Shown: positions 46,187 to 57,772, counted from the first letter of the stretch. The stretch: 64,000 nt of DNA from Neoechinorhynchus agilis (GCA_051530055.1 CM121341.1:1674001-1738000); one strand, 5' to 3'. Notes: generated by a model not told the origin, from the sequence alone. Translations and numbers: made by a program.

Positions 46187-47809
46187 ATGTCGGACAAAAG
46201 AACCCAATTGAGAATCGATCCAAGAACTGGGGAATACTACATTCCTAGTTACCTACGAAGCGATGGAACTTGGACAGAAAGGATCGTCTTCCGACCGGCC
46301 AGAATTAACAATGAGCAACAGCGCTCAAATAATACTATAAGCTCAAATGCCACTATAAATGAAAATTTAAATCATGACTCGCAGCAAAGATCAAACCGAA
46401 CCAGGAGTGTTCCAAGACCGAATCAAATTAACTATGCAAATAGAAATTCTCGTGGATCGGCACCTCTCGCTCGCTATCAACCTGATCGAAGCAAAAATGA
46501 ACTTTCGAGGAGCAACAGTGCAACATACTCGGTATTTCGGTCCGGACACCAAAACAAAAATTCTGCAAATAGTGGCACAAATGTAGAAGGTGCAAATTAT
46601 CAAAATCGTGCCAGAAGCGTACAGAGAGCTCTTCAATTAAATTCGCCTCGCGGAAATGGGCACGAAGAAGAGTCAACTTCAAGATTTCAAACTGCGACAC
46701 TTAATAGTGCTATAAACACAGCGGGACACTTCAACGATTCAGGGAGCCAAAGGGCTCAATTCATCCAGAATCACCAAAATCCCACGCTACAACAACCACA
46801 AACAACAACCAATACTGCTATCGGCCAATCGATCAATTTCGGCGGCATTCAAAATGTTAACATGATTGGTGGCTTCCCATCCCAACGATTCACCCAATTA
46901 CCTTTTGGACAAACAATACAGCCAATGCCTCAACTTATCGCCAATATGCAGGCATTATCTTTGGGGAATCAAGTTGGACAAATTTATCCATTAAATCAAC
47001 CCAATGCGGCTTATGGATTAGGGTGCGGTGCAACCGGTGTTAATCAATTTCCTTCGGGATTTCTGCTGCCACATCAACTACAAAGGATCCCAAATACATT
47101 TAATGCACCTAATCATACCTTTGAGGCGGATAAACCAATTGATGAGGGAGAAGCTTTAAAAACCCAGCCGAAAAAAGATCATCTTCTCTCGACTAAACTA
47201 TATATCAACCGGAAAAACGGCGACCACGAGGAAAAGGTCCCAGTCATTGTGGAATTGAGCATCCGCGCCGACGACCAAACAAACAGTGAACTTCGAAAAT
47301 GTACAAAGGGCGGAATTAAGAATGCTTCTTTGCGGCCACGACATCGAGATAATTCAAATATTCCCAGTTATTTATGGACTTATCTGCGTCCAGCTCAAAG
47401 GGATTACATAAAAAAGAACAAAGTTGAAGGAGAGCCCGGCGATATAGAAGATATCGAAGACGTTGTCTTTGCGTTGGAACGTGAGGAAGAGATGCCGCCG
47501 ATTCCGGAAAAATTTACTATTGTTATCCAAAAGCCCGAAAAGGAGCAGAAAATTCCTGAATGGTTTACCTGCCACAAAGACGAACAATGGCAGGATATCG
47601 GCGATGAAACTTTTATGGAAGAGTTTCTAATGGGCGATGATGATATGGAGATCTTAAAATTGAATGCCGATACACTGAACACTAATAACAAAGACATGGC
47701 CTTTATTATGAAGTCATTGGCCAATAGTAAAGTGCATATTGAAGCTGTCACCATTGTAAATGATAAAGAAGATAAAGACAGTGAAAATAATTCAGATGAA
47801 CAGAACTGA
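46187..47809 (+). CDS. Intact intronless 540-aa protein: PYM/Mago-binding-like N-terminus, R/S/N/Q-rich low-complexity middle, acidic C-terminus
   Basis: Open frame conserved across three copies. TGEYYIPSYLRSDGTW resembles the PYM motif (T/E)G(K/E)-x-I-x-(S/A)T-x-RPDGTW, but the downstream GYVPQEE motif is absent. Confidence 0.7.
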   Translation: MSDKRTQLRIDPRTGEYYIPSYLRSDGTWTERIVFRPARINNEQQRSNNTISSNATINENLNHDSQQRSNRTRSVPRPNQINYANRNSRGSAPLARYQPDRSKNELSRSNSATYSVFRSGHQNKNSANSGTNVEGANYQNRARSVQRALQLNSPRGNGHEEESTSRFQTATLNSAINTAGHFNDSGSQRAQFIQNHQNPTLQQPQTTTNTAIGQSINFGGIQNVNMIGGFPSQRFTQLPFGQTIQPMPQLIANMQALSLGNQVGQIYPLNQPNAAYGLGCGATGVNQFPSGFLLPHQLQRIPNTFNAPNHTFEADKPIDEGEALKTQPKKDHLLSTKLYINRKNGDHEEKVPVIVELSIRADDQTNSELRKCTKGGIKNASLRPRHRDNSNIPSYLWTYLRPAQRDYIKKNKVEGEPGDIEDIEDVVFALEREEEMPPIPEKFTIVIQKPEKEQKIPEWFTCHKDEQWQDIGDETFMEEFLMGDDDMEILKLNADTLNTNNKDMAFIMKSLANSKVHIEAVTIVNDKEDKDSENNSDEQN

Positions 47810-48559
47810 AGAAATACGGAGGCTAAATAAAGAAGAAACGATTAACTCGGCAGGAAAATAAACCAGGATGCTCAAAATGGGAATATCGAAATTTGCGAAA
47901 ATGAAAAGTTTATAAAAAATGAAGAGTGATCGAACAAGCTGTCACTGTTTTTTGATGTGCTTAAATAAAAAAATTAAAATCAAGTGTTTCAAATGGGCAT
48001 TGATTTTCACTTGTCGCCTATTAAGCAAATAATTTTTAGGGGTATTTGTAGGCACTTAAGATTTAAAAAATGATTTAATATTCTGGAGCGTTAAAAATTT
48101 ATACAAGTTTGTTTTGTTTAGTATTTAGCGAAAAAATAGGAATATTTATTGAATAAAATGGATTCAAATAAATATTTACTTACAGATATTGGGAAGACTA
48201 AAAAAGGTTAAAAATACATAGCTTCAAATTTAAAACATCTCGAGTGTCATTTCATAAGCAATTGTGATCACCGCATAAATCAAAGGATGAACGAATTTGT
48301 GTTTCGGAAAGCCTTTCATTTCCAAATTTTTTCAAAACATAATTATGTTAAATGGAATTTAAAGAGAGAACAAGTCACATTTTCTTCACATCGAGGATGT
48401 ATATTTTTTGAAGCTTCTAGTCAGTTATTTTTTGAAACATATCATTGGCGAAATAACAGCTATCAAAACTGTCAGGATTTCATAGTTTATCCACCAGCAA
48501 CTTTTTATAAGCCTGAAATCAAATTACAAAGTAACAAATCATTCTATGGCCAAGAATGT

Positions 48560-48732
48560 TTTCAAGATATTCTAAATGAAAAAATGCCTGAGTGAATTCC
48601 AATAAGCCGAATTTATTGACGCCTTGGATGAAATGTTCGTATGCGATAATGGCACTGTCGGTCTTGAAATAAAGAATCGAGTTGAAATCGAAATCAAAGA
48701 GAATATCCGCAGCTATATTAGAGAACATCGCA
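48560..48732 (+). pseudogene. Diverged fragment of the helical-repeat gene family
   Basis: AEFIDALDEMFVCDNGTVGLEIKNRVEIEIKENI aligns with FGLIDVLGEMFDNKDNAPLNKLLNQVGMKIKEAF of 13072-14079. Confidence 0.5.
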
Positions 48733-48911
48733 CCTAAACAAATAAGTTTGAAATGTCAAAGGAGAATGAGTGTTCAAAAGAAGTTGCTAAGAAAAAAAGG
48801 TCTATTGAAACTTAAAAGGCTAAGAACGCGTCATTTGTAAAATTTTGATATGTGAGGTACCGGGGAAAATTATTGGAACTATTGTTTAATTCTTCACCCG
48901 GTAAATGATTT

Positions 48912-48958
48912 TTTATTGTAGATGTTTCGAACCCGTCAGGTTCATCTTCTTTAATAAA
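48912..48958 (-). ncRNA. Decayed Penelope-type hammerhead
   Basis: AAGAAGA-T-GAACC(TGACG)GGTTC-GAAA-CA-T-C, flanked by TTTTATT/AATAAAA. Core C3/U4 is mutated. Confidence 0.4.
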
Positions 48959-49186
48959 AAATCATTAACCAGATAAATACCTTAACGATAACAGGTAATT
49001 TGCGATTAAATCTCAACATTTATCAAATTTCACAGATTGTATTTGATACCATCATTCAATTGTAGTCAATCCCTTTCTTGTCCGGCTTATTTATTTAGGC
49101 ATAAAGCCGAACCAATTACATCAGAGAAGTGATATAATCACATAGTCTCTAATGCACGGTTAAGAGTTTGTACATTCCTCCGGATC

Positions 49187-49251
49187 CTCAGATACCTCCA
49201 GGAGGCGGGACTCATCAGTGAGTTTCCTCCCTTCAGCGGTATTTCGTCCCC
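49187..49251 (-). ncRNA. Hammerhead ribozyme with non-circularly permuted strand order; predicted cleavage after C49191 (AUC)
   Basis: Minus strand reads GGGAC-GAAA-TACC...CTCA-CTGATGA-GTCCC...GGTA-TC-TGAG. Stem II GGGAC/GTCCC, stem III TACC/GGTA and stem I CTCA/TGAG are all Watson-Crick, and all core nucleotides are present. Confidence 0.75.
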
Positions 49252-49267
49252 TTTGGCTGTGCGTCAT

Positions 49268-49310
49268 TGGTGGTAACGGATTCGAACCACTTGATCCCTA
49301 ATCGGGATCA
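49268..49310 (-). promoter_or_regulatory. tRNA-like 3' fragment: hairpin TGATCCC/GGGATCA, B-box GGTTCGAATCC, ending ACCACCA
   Basis: Perfect Pol III B-box consensus at 49288-49278, about 30 nt upstream of the permuted hammerhead. No clear A-box is present, and it is too short for a tRNA. Confidence 0.45.
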
Positions 49311-49320
49311 CGGGCATTAG

Positions 49321-50590
49321 TCCGTTGTTACATTTTGAGACCAACTACCTTGGTTACTGATATTAAAACATCAATAAATTTAAGATCAAATTAACTTTTC
49401 CATATCTAATTTTGACGCTTAATTCACCTGCAATAACGGTTTGATGCAACCTGTAAATATTTGACACTTGGTTTTAGGATTGAAGTTCATAAAAGACACC
49501 TAAATTAAATCTGTGGTGCTCGAAAGTTGTTGCGAAATGATAATACATTTTGAGCATATCTAATGCGCTGATTTCAATGGTGTTATCTATATTTAGTGAA
49601 TCGTGCAAATTTGGTGATTTTTCACTCTTTGAATATTGACCGAATATGACTATGCGATTTCCGATGCGAATATTACAGCTGTAGTGTACGGAATCAGTTA
49701 CTTTAGTACATCTTAACGCGCAGATTCCAAATCTGTATTCAGATTTACAATAGCTATCATGGTTCTTGAGTTATTCGTTGCTACATTTTGAGACCAACTA
49801 CCCTGATTAATGATATTAAAACATCAATAAATTTAAGATCAAATTAAATTTTCTAGATCTACTTTTGACGTAGAATTCACCTGCAATAACGCTTTGATGC
49901 GGCTTGTTAAATTTTGACACTTAGTTTTTGGATTGAAGTTCATAAAAGACACCTGAACTAAATCTGTGGTGCTCGAAAGTTGTTACGAAATATTAAACCA
50001 TTTTGAGCATATCTAATGCGCTGATTTCAATGGTGTTATCTATATTTAATGAATCTTGCAAATTTAGTGATCTCTCACTCTTGTGAATTTCATTATTACT
50101 GTTGGGTGAAACGAGATTTGTTTTGTGCGGACACCCAGATGTTTTTTATTATGCAAATTTTCGGAGAGCAAAGTCTCCCTCTTCAGGCTTTTGGTCATTG
50201 TTAAAGTGTTTTATTCGCAAATTAAATCTGCGGTGCTCGAAAGTTGTTACGAAATGATAAAGCATTTTGAGCATATCTAATGCACTGATTTCAATGGTGT
50301 TATATATATTTATGAATCTTGCAAGTTTGGTGATCTTTCACGTTTGTGAAAATTGGTAAAATATAATAATGCGATTTCCGATGCGAATATTACAGCTGTT
50401 GTGTACTGAATCAGTTAGTTTGGTACATCTTAACGCGCTGATTCCAAATCTGTTTTCAGATTTGCAATAGCTATTATGGTTCTTGAGTTAACCGTTGTTA
50501 CATTTTGAGACCAACTGCGTTGATTAAAGATATTAAAACATCAATAAATTTAAGATCAAATTAACCTTTCTATATCTACTTTTGACGCTT
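49321..50590 (-). repeat. About 450-bp satellite in inverted orientation, with the same hammerhead-bearing insert (hammerhead at 50153-50188)
   Basis: TGAGACCAAC recurs at 49336, 49789 and 50506. The insert is the reverse complement of 5180-5320. Confidence 0.9.
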
Positions 50591-52372
50591 CATGTATACA
50601 AGACAGGACGCCCACTAAAATTTCAGAGATAAAAAAGGCCATCTCAACTTTATCAAATGGTTCGGGTCACGGGCTTGACGGACTAAGGCCTCAGCACCTA
50701 AAGGGCATGATGTCCTTTTCAACTTTTGAAGCAGCTCTCTCTAGAAAGCGCGCTTTCTCGAATAGTCGACCGCCTGACTGGAGAGGACCTGAACCCCGTT
50801 GCAAAGGACCTATTTTTCGGAGCCTCATTGTGTGCACTCACAAAAAAAAGAAGGTGGGATCCGTCCCATCGCCGTATCTTCGACGATACGCCGACTCGCA
50901 GGAAAAATTCTCTGCAAACGTATTACAGAGAAAACCGGACAGCAACTTCGTCCAGTCCAACTGGGCTGCTGCGCATCCTGCGGGGCGGAAGCTATTGTCC
51001 ACTCGCTCCGAAACTTAGCTACGAGAAGCAAGGAGCCTTGCGTGATTCTTAAGTGCGATTTTTGGAACGTCTTTAACTCTCTCAATAGAGAAAGCATGTT
51101 CTGCGCAATTGGGGATCACGCACCAGAAGCCTTCCAGTATTTTCTCAATGCCTACGGGACGGCGACTCCTTTGCTTTTCGAATACCACCTCATTTGGTCC
51201 GAAATAGGAGTGCAGCAAGGAGATCCCCTCGGTCCAATCGCATTCTCCCTAACAGTAAATCCAATAGCGCATTCTCTCCATTCCAGCTTCAACGCTTGGT
51301 ACTTGGATGACGCTACGCTCGGAGGTGATCCCTCCGTTGTAATGCGCGATTTGGAGACGCTGATTAGCGAGACCTCGAAGATGGGCATTGAGCTTAATGC
51401 TGGAAAATGTGAGCTCGTTGTACTGAATATTGGAGACGCCGCCAAAGTCAAAGAACTAATGGCTGGGTTCGAGGCCGTAGCTCCAGGCCTGAAACTCGTG
51501 ACTCGGGAACAACTCAGCCTCCTGGGCAGTTGCGTCTTCGATTCAAATGTGGAAGATGAGATCGGCCATATCATACCGAAACTTTCGTTGCTGTGCGATA
51601 GGGTGTGCGCTCTCTCGGCGCATGAAGCTTTGTTTCTCATAAAGAACGCGCTCTTCATCCCCAAATTATTGTACAAGGTTCGCACAGCAACATTTTTCAA
51701 ACACAAAAAAGGATTGGCAAAGCTGGACGATAAGCTGAGGGCATGCCTCGAGCGTATTTTAAATGTCCAGCTCTCAGATGAGGCGTGGCGACAAGCTTCT
51801 TTGCCTGTGTCATCTGGGGGATTGGGAATTCGGGCACTAGTGGACCTTGCTTTGCCGGCCTTTCTTGGATCGTTTGAGGGGAGCCTTCCAGTATCGAAGA
51901 AAACTTTGAAGGAAAAGTTCTGTCTTGACCGGGATTTCGTGGTGGCGGTTGAGGAATGGTGCCAGCAGACAGGCGCTAACCATGTTCCCGTTAATGGCCT
52001 CAGGCAGTCGATCTGAGACAGACCTCTTGTTGCGAGAGCTCACAGCTCTCTACTTTCCGGTTCTCGCGATGGGGTCGTCCGAGCTAGACTGTTGGCAGTT
52101 TCAGCACGAGAATCTGGGGCGTGGTTAGAGGCTGTTCCTCTGGCATCAGTGGGAACTCTTTTTACTGATAAGGTGGTCTCGTCTGCAGAAGGTCAGCAGG
52201 AAGGTTCTCACGCCATTCTGAAATCAATAACGCAATTTCTCGGGCGTTGAGAACGGCGAACTTCCCGGACATCCTGGAACCCGCCCACCTTTGTCGACTA
52301 GACGAGCGTGATGGCGACGGTCGAGGAAGGACAAAAGCTGGAATTCAGCGGGAGGTGGTGAGTGTGTTAATT
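50591..52372 (+). mobile_element. Second CRE-clade copy (inverted duplicate of 2190-4380) with most of the RLE deleted
   Basis: RT ORF 50799-52016. The satellite junction is the same as at 4380. The sequence jumps from GTCGACTAGACG directly to AGCGTGATGGCGACG of the 3' end. Confidence 0.9.
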
Positions 52373-52657
52373 GCCGAGAAATGAAGATTGATTGAATTTC
52401 AAAAATCTTCAAACGAAAAAAAAATCTGAAAAAAATCTTTTATCGCAATGGTGTTCGGTCCCAATTCACTCGGATGAACGACGTTCTACTGTATTTATAA
52501 ACAATGGGTGTCAAGCTCGTGATTCATAAAGATTGCACTCTCACAGCAAACTGTTCATGGGTATATTTTGTTTGGTGATTGAGAAAATACTGATTAATTT
52601 TATTAATTCAATACTTCGTCCGTCTCTTCGGACTTATAGCCACTGAAACCTACCTTT

Positions 52658-53625
52658 TAGAAGTGAAGAAGTCGGACGACACGGACTAAATATTGAATTA
52701 ATAAAATTAATCTTTTTAGAAATACGTTCATCTGGACCATTGGTACTGTTGAAAATCCGCTGAAGCAAACGCATTCCAAATAAAAGAACTTTCAATTCCA
52801 AAGGTCAGAGTGGGAAACGAAAATCCTTATTTTATCTTATCTCCGCCTCGAGACGAACAAAATATTGAATTAATGAAATTAATCCTTTCAGAAATATGTT
52901 CATCTGGACCGTTGGTATCGTTGAAAACCCATTGAAGGGAACGCATTGCAAATAAAAGAACTTTCAATGTTTTGTACATTCCGTAAGATTAAATGGCTTT
53001 ACAATCCACAATCGCCGATGATGCATAATCAAAAGAAACTCACTGATGAGTCCCGTTTTCTCGGGATTTACCGAATGGCTCAGGACATACCGAAATCGAT
53101 TAGCCGAGTGCAAAGAAATCAGCAGTGTAATAATTACTTCAACGATTAAAATTTAACCGGCATGTCACACACAAACGATAAAATTAACGGTCTTGAGTTT
53201 TTTGAAGTGGTTATTACGCGGCTGATTTCTTGGGCACACATCCATTTGATTTTGGTATGCCCTGAGCAACTCCGTCCCTCCCCTTTCCTTAACGGTCGCC
53301 GATGACTCATAACCAAAATGGATTAAATATCGCTAAGGAGGGAAGGAAACTCACTGATGAGCTCCGCTTCCTCGGGTTGTATCTCAAGATCCGTAGGAAT
53401 AACCTGCCTGACCAATGAATCGGTGGGCTGTGAGTCCAATTAAAATAATAAGCCGTGTAAGGGATACTCACTTGAATACTCAAAAAAGCAAATCCTTATA
53501 TTCATACAAATTTCTTTATTCTCAACGGCCAATTGTAACACACTCAAGTTTTATTGAAGTCAACCTTGCGAATTTTCAAGGCCTCAGCCCTTCGGGTGGA
53601 TGTGTATTCTCAACGGCCAATTGTA
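52658..53625 (+). repeat. Duplicate of 28666-29600 with decayed hammerhead motifs; preceded by a short inverted copy at about 52592-52632
   Basis: Alignment by eye. ATTAATTTTATTAATTCAATACTTCGTCCGT is the reverse complement of about 52681-52711 with 2 mismatches. Confidence 0.85.
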
Positions 53626-53635
53626 ACACACTCAA

Positions 53636-55580
53636 ATTTTATTCTTCATCCGCGCCTCTCTCACTTACCATTGCTCTTCACACTACCTTTTCATCTCCGA
53701 CGATCTTGAATGGCTTCACATGCAACTCCATCTCCCCCTCCGCAATGGTCAACGTGAGACCTCTATTGCTGGCCTTTATCGCCCTCCATCCTCAAACTTT
53801 CCCAATACACTTCAACAAATGGACCGCCTCTTCCTCAGATCACTTCATCATATTGGGCGATTTTAACAAACTGCCGATCCCGCCATCGCTCTCTCATCTT
53901 TCCCGACTCGTTACTTTCCCCACACGCTTCTCCTCCTGCCTTGATAAAATTTTCTCAAACATCGGGCAATACTCGTGCACTACCAAACTCCCCCGATCGC
54001 CTCGTCTGACCATTGTTCCATCCTTCTCTCCCCTTCATCACCTCAAGAACGTTTTTTCCTTAAATGCCTGCCCCACCATTCCTCCCCTAATTCGACTATC
54101 CCAAATTGGGCCATTCGTTTCATCATCCCGGAACTTATCGATCCGCTAACACACATAACGAACCTTGGCTTTCTATTGGGATCTTTCCCATCGTGTCTTA
54201 AGGAAGCCCGTGTCGTCCCCCTACCCAAAAACGATAAACTGATTTCCCCCACATCCCTTCTTCCCATCTCTATCCTCTCACCTATCTTTAAAATCTTAGA
54301 AAAATGTTTTAAAACCCGACTACTACCCTTCTTCCTCAAAAACATCTCCCCTTTTCAATTCGCTTTCCGTCCTAATTACTCTTGTTCTGATGCCCTCCTC
54401 TGCATCTACCATACGCTTGCGCGCAGCTTAGATTCCAATCCAGCACCAACCGTCCGTCTCGTGCAATTGGATATTTCCAGGGCGTTTGAGTCGGTAGATC
54501 ACTCCCTTCTCCTCCAATAGTGTGCTTCCTTTGGCCTCCAAACCTGGCAACTCGCTTGGATTTCCACTTTCCTCTCCAACCGCAAACAATATATCCAATG
54601 CGGAACTTCTTGCTCCTCTTCTCTACCCATATTTAAAGGGATCCCCCAAGGCGCCGTACTTTCCCATCTCCGCTTTGACATTTTTCTAAATGACCTTCAT
54701 CCCCTCACTCCCCCTACCAAATATTTTCTCTATGTAGATGACCTCACAGTCATTACCATCGCAAATCTCTCCCTCTACACAACCATGGACGAGCCCAACC
54801 ATCTCATTTCCTCGCTCTCCACCCTAAGGGTCTCCCTAAATTTATCTAAATCTTTTGAGCTTGTCCCCCACATTTCCAAACGCAATCTTATCCCCGCGCC
54901 TCTCCCTCTCCCCATCCAACGCTCCTCTTCTCTCCGAATACTGGGCCATATTTTACGAGAAAACCTTAAATGGGATGCCCACATTTTATTTACATTCTCT
55001 AAAGCAAACCCTCATCTTTACCTCCTCCGGCGCCTCGGCGTATCCCCTAAACACCTTGCTTACTTTTTTCTCTCTGCCATCCCCCTATCCTTACATACGC
55101 CTTCCCCACTTTCCTCGCCCTCTCCGTCAATGCTCTCCATTTTCTAAAAACCTTCCACAAGAGAGCAGCGAGAATATGCGGGACTTCACTCCCTCCCCTC
55201 GACGCCAACCTCCACTCCATTTTCTCCAAAAACGCCCTCCGTCTTCTTCAACCCCCTCCACAATTTTCTTCCCCCCATCTCTAAATACTCTTCCTTCGTA
55301 AACACTCGTAACCCCAAACTTTTTCACCCCCCCCCTCGCTCGTACCACCCTTTACCAAAAATCTTTCTTCCCTCAAGCCCAATCTTTCCTTAATAACCGG
55401 AGAACAAGGAAAGACTCCGAATCGGTCATCTCCTGTACAAAGCCTCCGATAGCACATTAAAACTACTTCAAAGACAAATCCCACCTCCCTGCCTCAACAT
55501 CCGTCATCCAGACACCTTCAGCAAAGATAGATGCTGGCAAGTGTATGGATCGTTCTTTTCTTAAATTAATAAAACGTGTT
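53636..55580 (+). mobile_element. Degenerate L2/CR1-like non-LTR retrotransposon (APE plus RT to the 3' end)
   Basis: IILGDFN, LDKIF and SDHC (APE). EARVVPLPK, PISIL, QFAFRPNYSC, LDISRAFESVDH, GIPQG, YVDD and LKWDAHI (RT). Confidence 0.88.
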
Positions 55581-55944
55581 TATTAACCGCAGTTCAAATA
55601 AATTATCATTTTTGTACCTCGAAATGTATATAATGTGAGACGGAAAACAAATAACAAACGCATCGAATCAGCGTAAAAGATAACAAAAATTGTCCAAACA
55701 AATTTGCATAATGTAAAAATGGATCTTTTGCAGAACTTTCCGCATTTTATTCGATTATTCGTCAAACCAAAATAAATTCAATGATGCATTGAACGATTCC
55801 ATCTGGGTTTCCACATCGGCAACCACGAGTATTCATTGGTGTTCAGCATTGGATTGGCCGAACACATTATTAATAAAAACAGTGGCATTTATTTATCTAA
55901 TTTCTGCTACTGCGATGAGGATTGATCAAAAAATAAATCATGTA

Positions 55945-56400
55945 CCGAACCTTCAAAACTCGTCCAATAAAATGTCTGAAACGGGGACTACGATTGATGA
56001 AAACATAAAAAGCAACGAAATCTAGATAACTCGCCCAATCATATTTCTGCAATTGAGATTGCGATTGATTCGCAAATAAAAAATCGTCCTAGACTATATA
56101 ATTCGTAAAATCTCATCTCTGTAACTGTGAAATTTATTAATGAAAAATATAAAATTGGAACCGAAAATACACAATTCGTCCAATAAAATATCTTTAACCG
56201 AGATAACCATTGATGAAAATGTGAAACAACAACTGAAACTAGATAATTCGCCCTTTCAACTCTCTGAAAATGATACAACGATTTGATGAAAGTGTAAAAA
56301 ATTAACCGAAACTACATAACTCGTCCAATCAAATATCTGCAACTGATATAGCGATCGACTAAAAATAAACCATGAACCGCAACTACATAATTCGTCACCA
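55945..56400 (+). repeat. Seven diverged 72-bp tandem units encoding a decayed 24-aa peptide repeat
   Basis: A(C/T)TCG(T/C)(C/A) anchors at 55958, 56029, 56101, 56174, 56246, 56319 and 56390. Consensus peptide is approximately EPKLHNSSNKISATEIAIDENIKN. Confidence 0.7.
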
Positions 56401-57020
56401 ACGGAATTTATTCGTCGATGAGTCGCACACTCTCTAAACGAATTCGAGCATGTAAATCATCTTTGAATAAACGCAAAAGAACGTGCAAGAAGGTTTTAGA
56501 GTCATCACAGTTGCCTGAATTGGCTGCATTTTCATGCGACGTCGCTAAGTTTTAATTGCGTTAAAGTAAATCCTGAGCGTAGTCCCATCATTACAGCTGA
56601 GGGAACCAACGAATCCGGCAACCGTCCTCTTGGTGTGGTTACTCACCTGTTTCTATTTATTTACTGAGGATTTTGGTTATATTAATAATCGAAGAAAATG
56701 AGGAAAACGAGCAACTCGACTCAAGTTTCGTTTGAAGCAAGAGCCGCCTCAATTGCAAGTTCGATTTCATCGTCGGGTGTAACCTCAGTTATGAACCCTT
56801 TACCGCCGAAGACAATGGATTCATCATTTTTGAACCTTTGAATGCATTCTTCAACGTTCCATTGAATGGCATCAATTTCTTCTTGTTGCTCTACGTTCTC
56901 AACTCTTTGATGGCTTTCCATTCTCTTTGATGTCAACGCACGATTCAAGGCTTCGTTTTCCATAGAGGAACCCGAATTCAACAGTTCGTGTAGTTCAGTG
57001 ATTCAAGAACTAATCTTGAA

Positions 57021-57330
57021 TCATTGACGTAAACTAGTTTCACCTTCGGGCTTGTGAATTCGACCTTCGTTGAACGACGCTATGGCTGCTGCTTTAGATA
57101 GCTCTGCTATGGTTGCATATTTTGGCCGGTCGATCTTATGGCCCGTAGTCAGAGAGTGGGAAACCACAGCGGAGTTCGTGTCCTGTTTCTTCAGTGAATA
57201 GCGATGTTCCCTCATCCTCCTCCCAAAGTTATTTGTCTGGCCAATATAGCATCAATCACAATCCGAGCAAAGTATTCTATATTCTGCACCACTTGGGCCT
57301 TCACGATTACTCGGACAGATCAGGCCATGA
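57021..57330 (-). mobile_element. Penelope-like element GIY-YIG endonuclease fragment
   Basis: GAEYRILCSDCD*CYIGQTNNFGRRMREH...SAVVSH...TGHKID, including the PLE CxxC...H...H pattern. Confidence 0.85.
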
Positions 57331-57338
57331 ATGTTTCC

Positions 57339-57381
57339 ATTGACTGAAGAAGTCCAGCGTGATTAAACGAAATATTTCAAT
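57339..57381 (+). ncRNA. Penelope-type minimal hammerhead with damaged stem II
   Basis: ATTGA-CTGAAGA-A-GTCCA...TAAAC-GAAA-TA-T-T-TCAAT. Stem I has 5 bp, stem III is the palindrome ATAT and stem II has two mismatches. Confidence 0.6.
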
Positions 57382-57772
57382 TAAAGTTATTCTTGGATAC
57401 ATAATTTTCCCCACTTTCATATAATCATGACCAGAAATGAACCATAGGAAATACCAACCCTACAAGCGCTCCTGCAAGAAATAAACGCCAATTACCACTA
57501 GAGCGGACCTTCCAATCCGACCGGATATTGCCACCCGTCTGGACTCGCAATTCACTCCAAAATCAATAGCCAGTTTCATTTTCCAATCAGAACTCGAGTG
57601 TTTACGAGGACTTAAAGGTACATGGGTCCTCCTAAATGTTTCTTTGTATTGTCAAAAAACGTGAGGAGAAATTTGTATTGATGATGAAAAACGTGATTGC
57701 AAAATGTAAAAACTATTGAAACCCCTGTTTTTCCGTTTCAATTAGCGATGTTTGATTCAGAAAAAGGTTTAT

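Noticed and set aside
46187-47809. Viral nucleocapsid or endogenous virus origin
   Set aside because: R/S/N-rich composition alone is not diagnostic, and no polymerase, capsid, helicase or integrase ORF is linked to the cassette.
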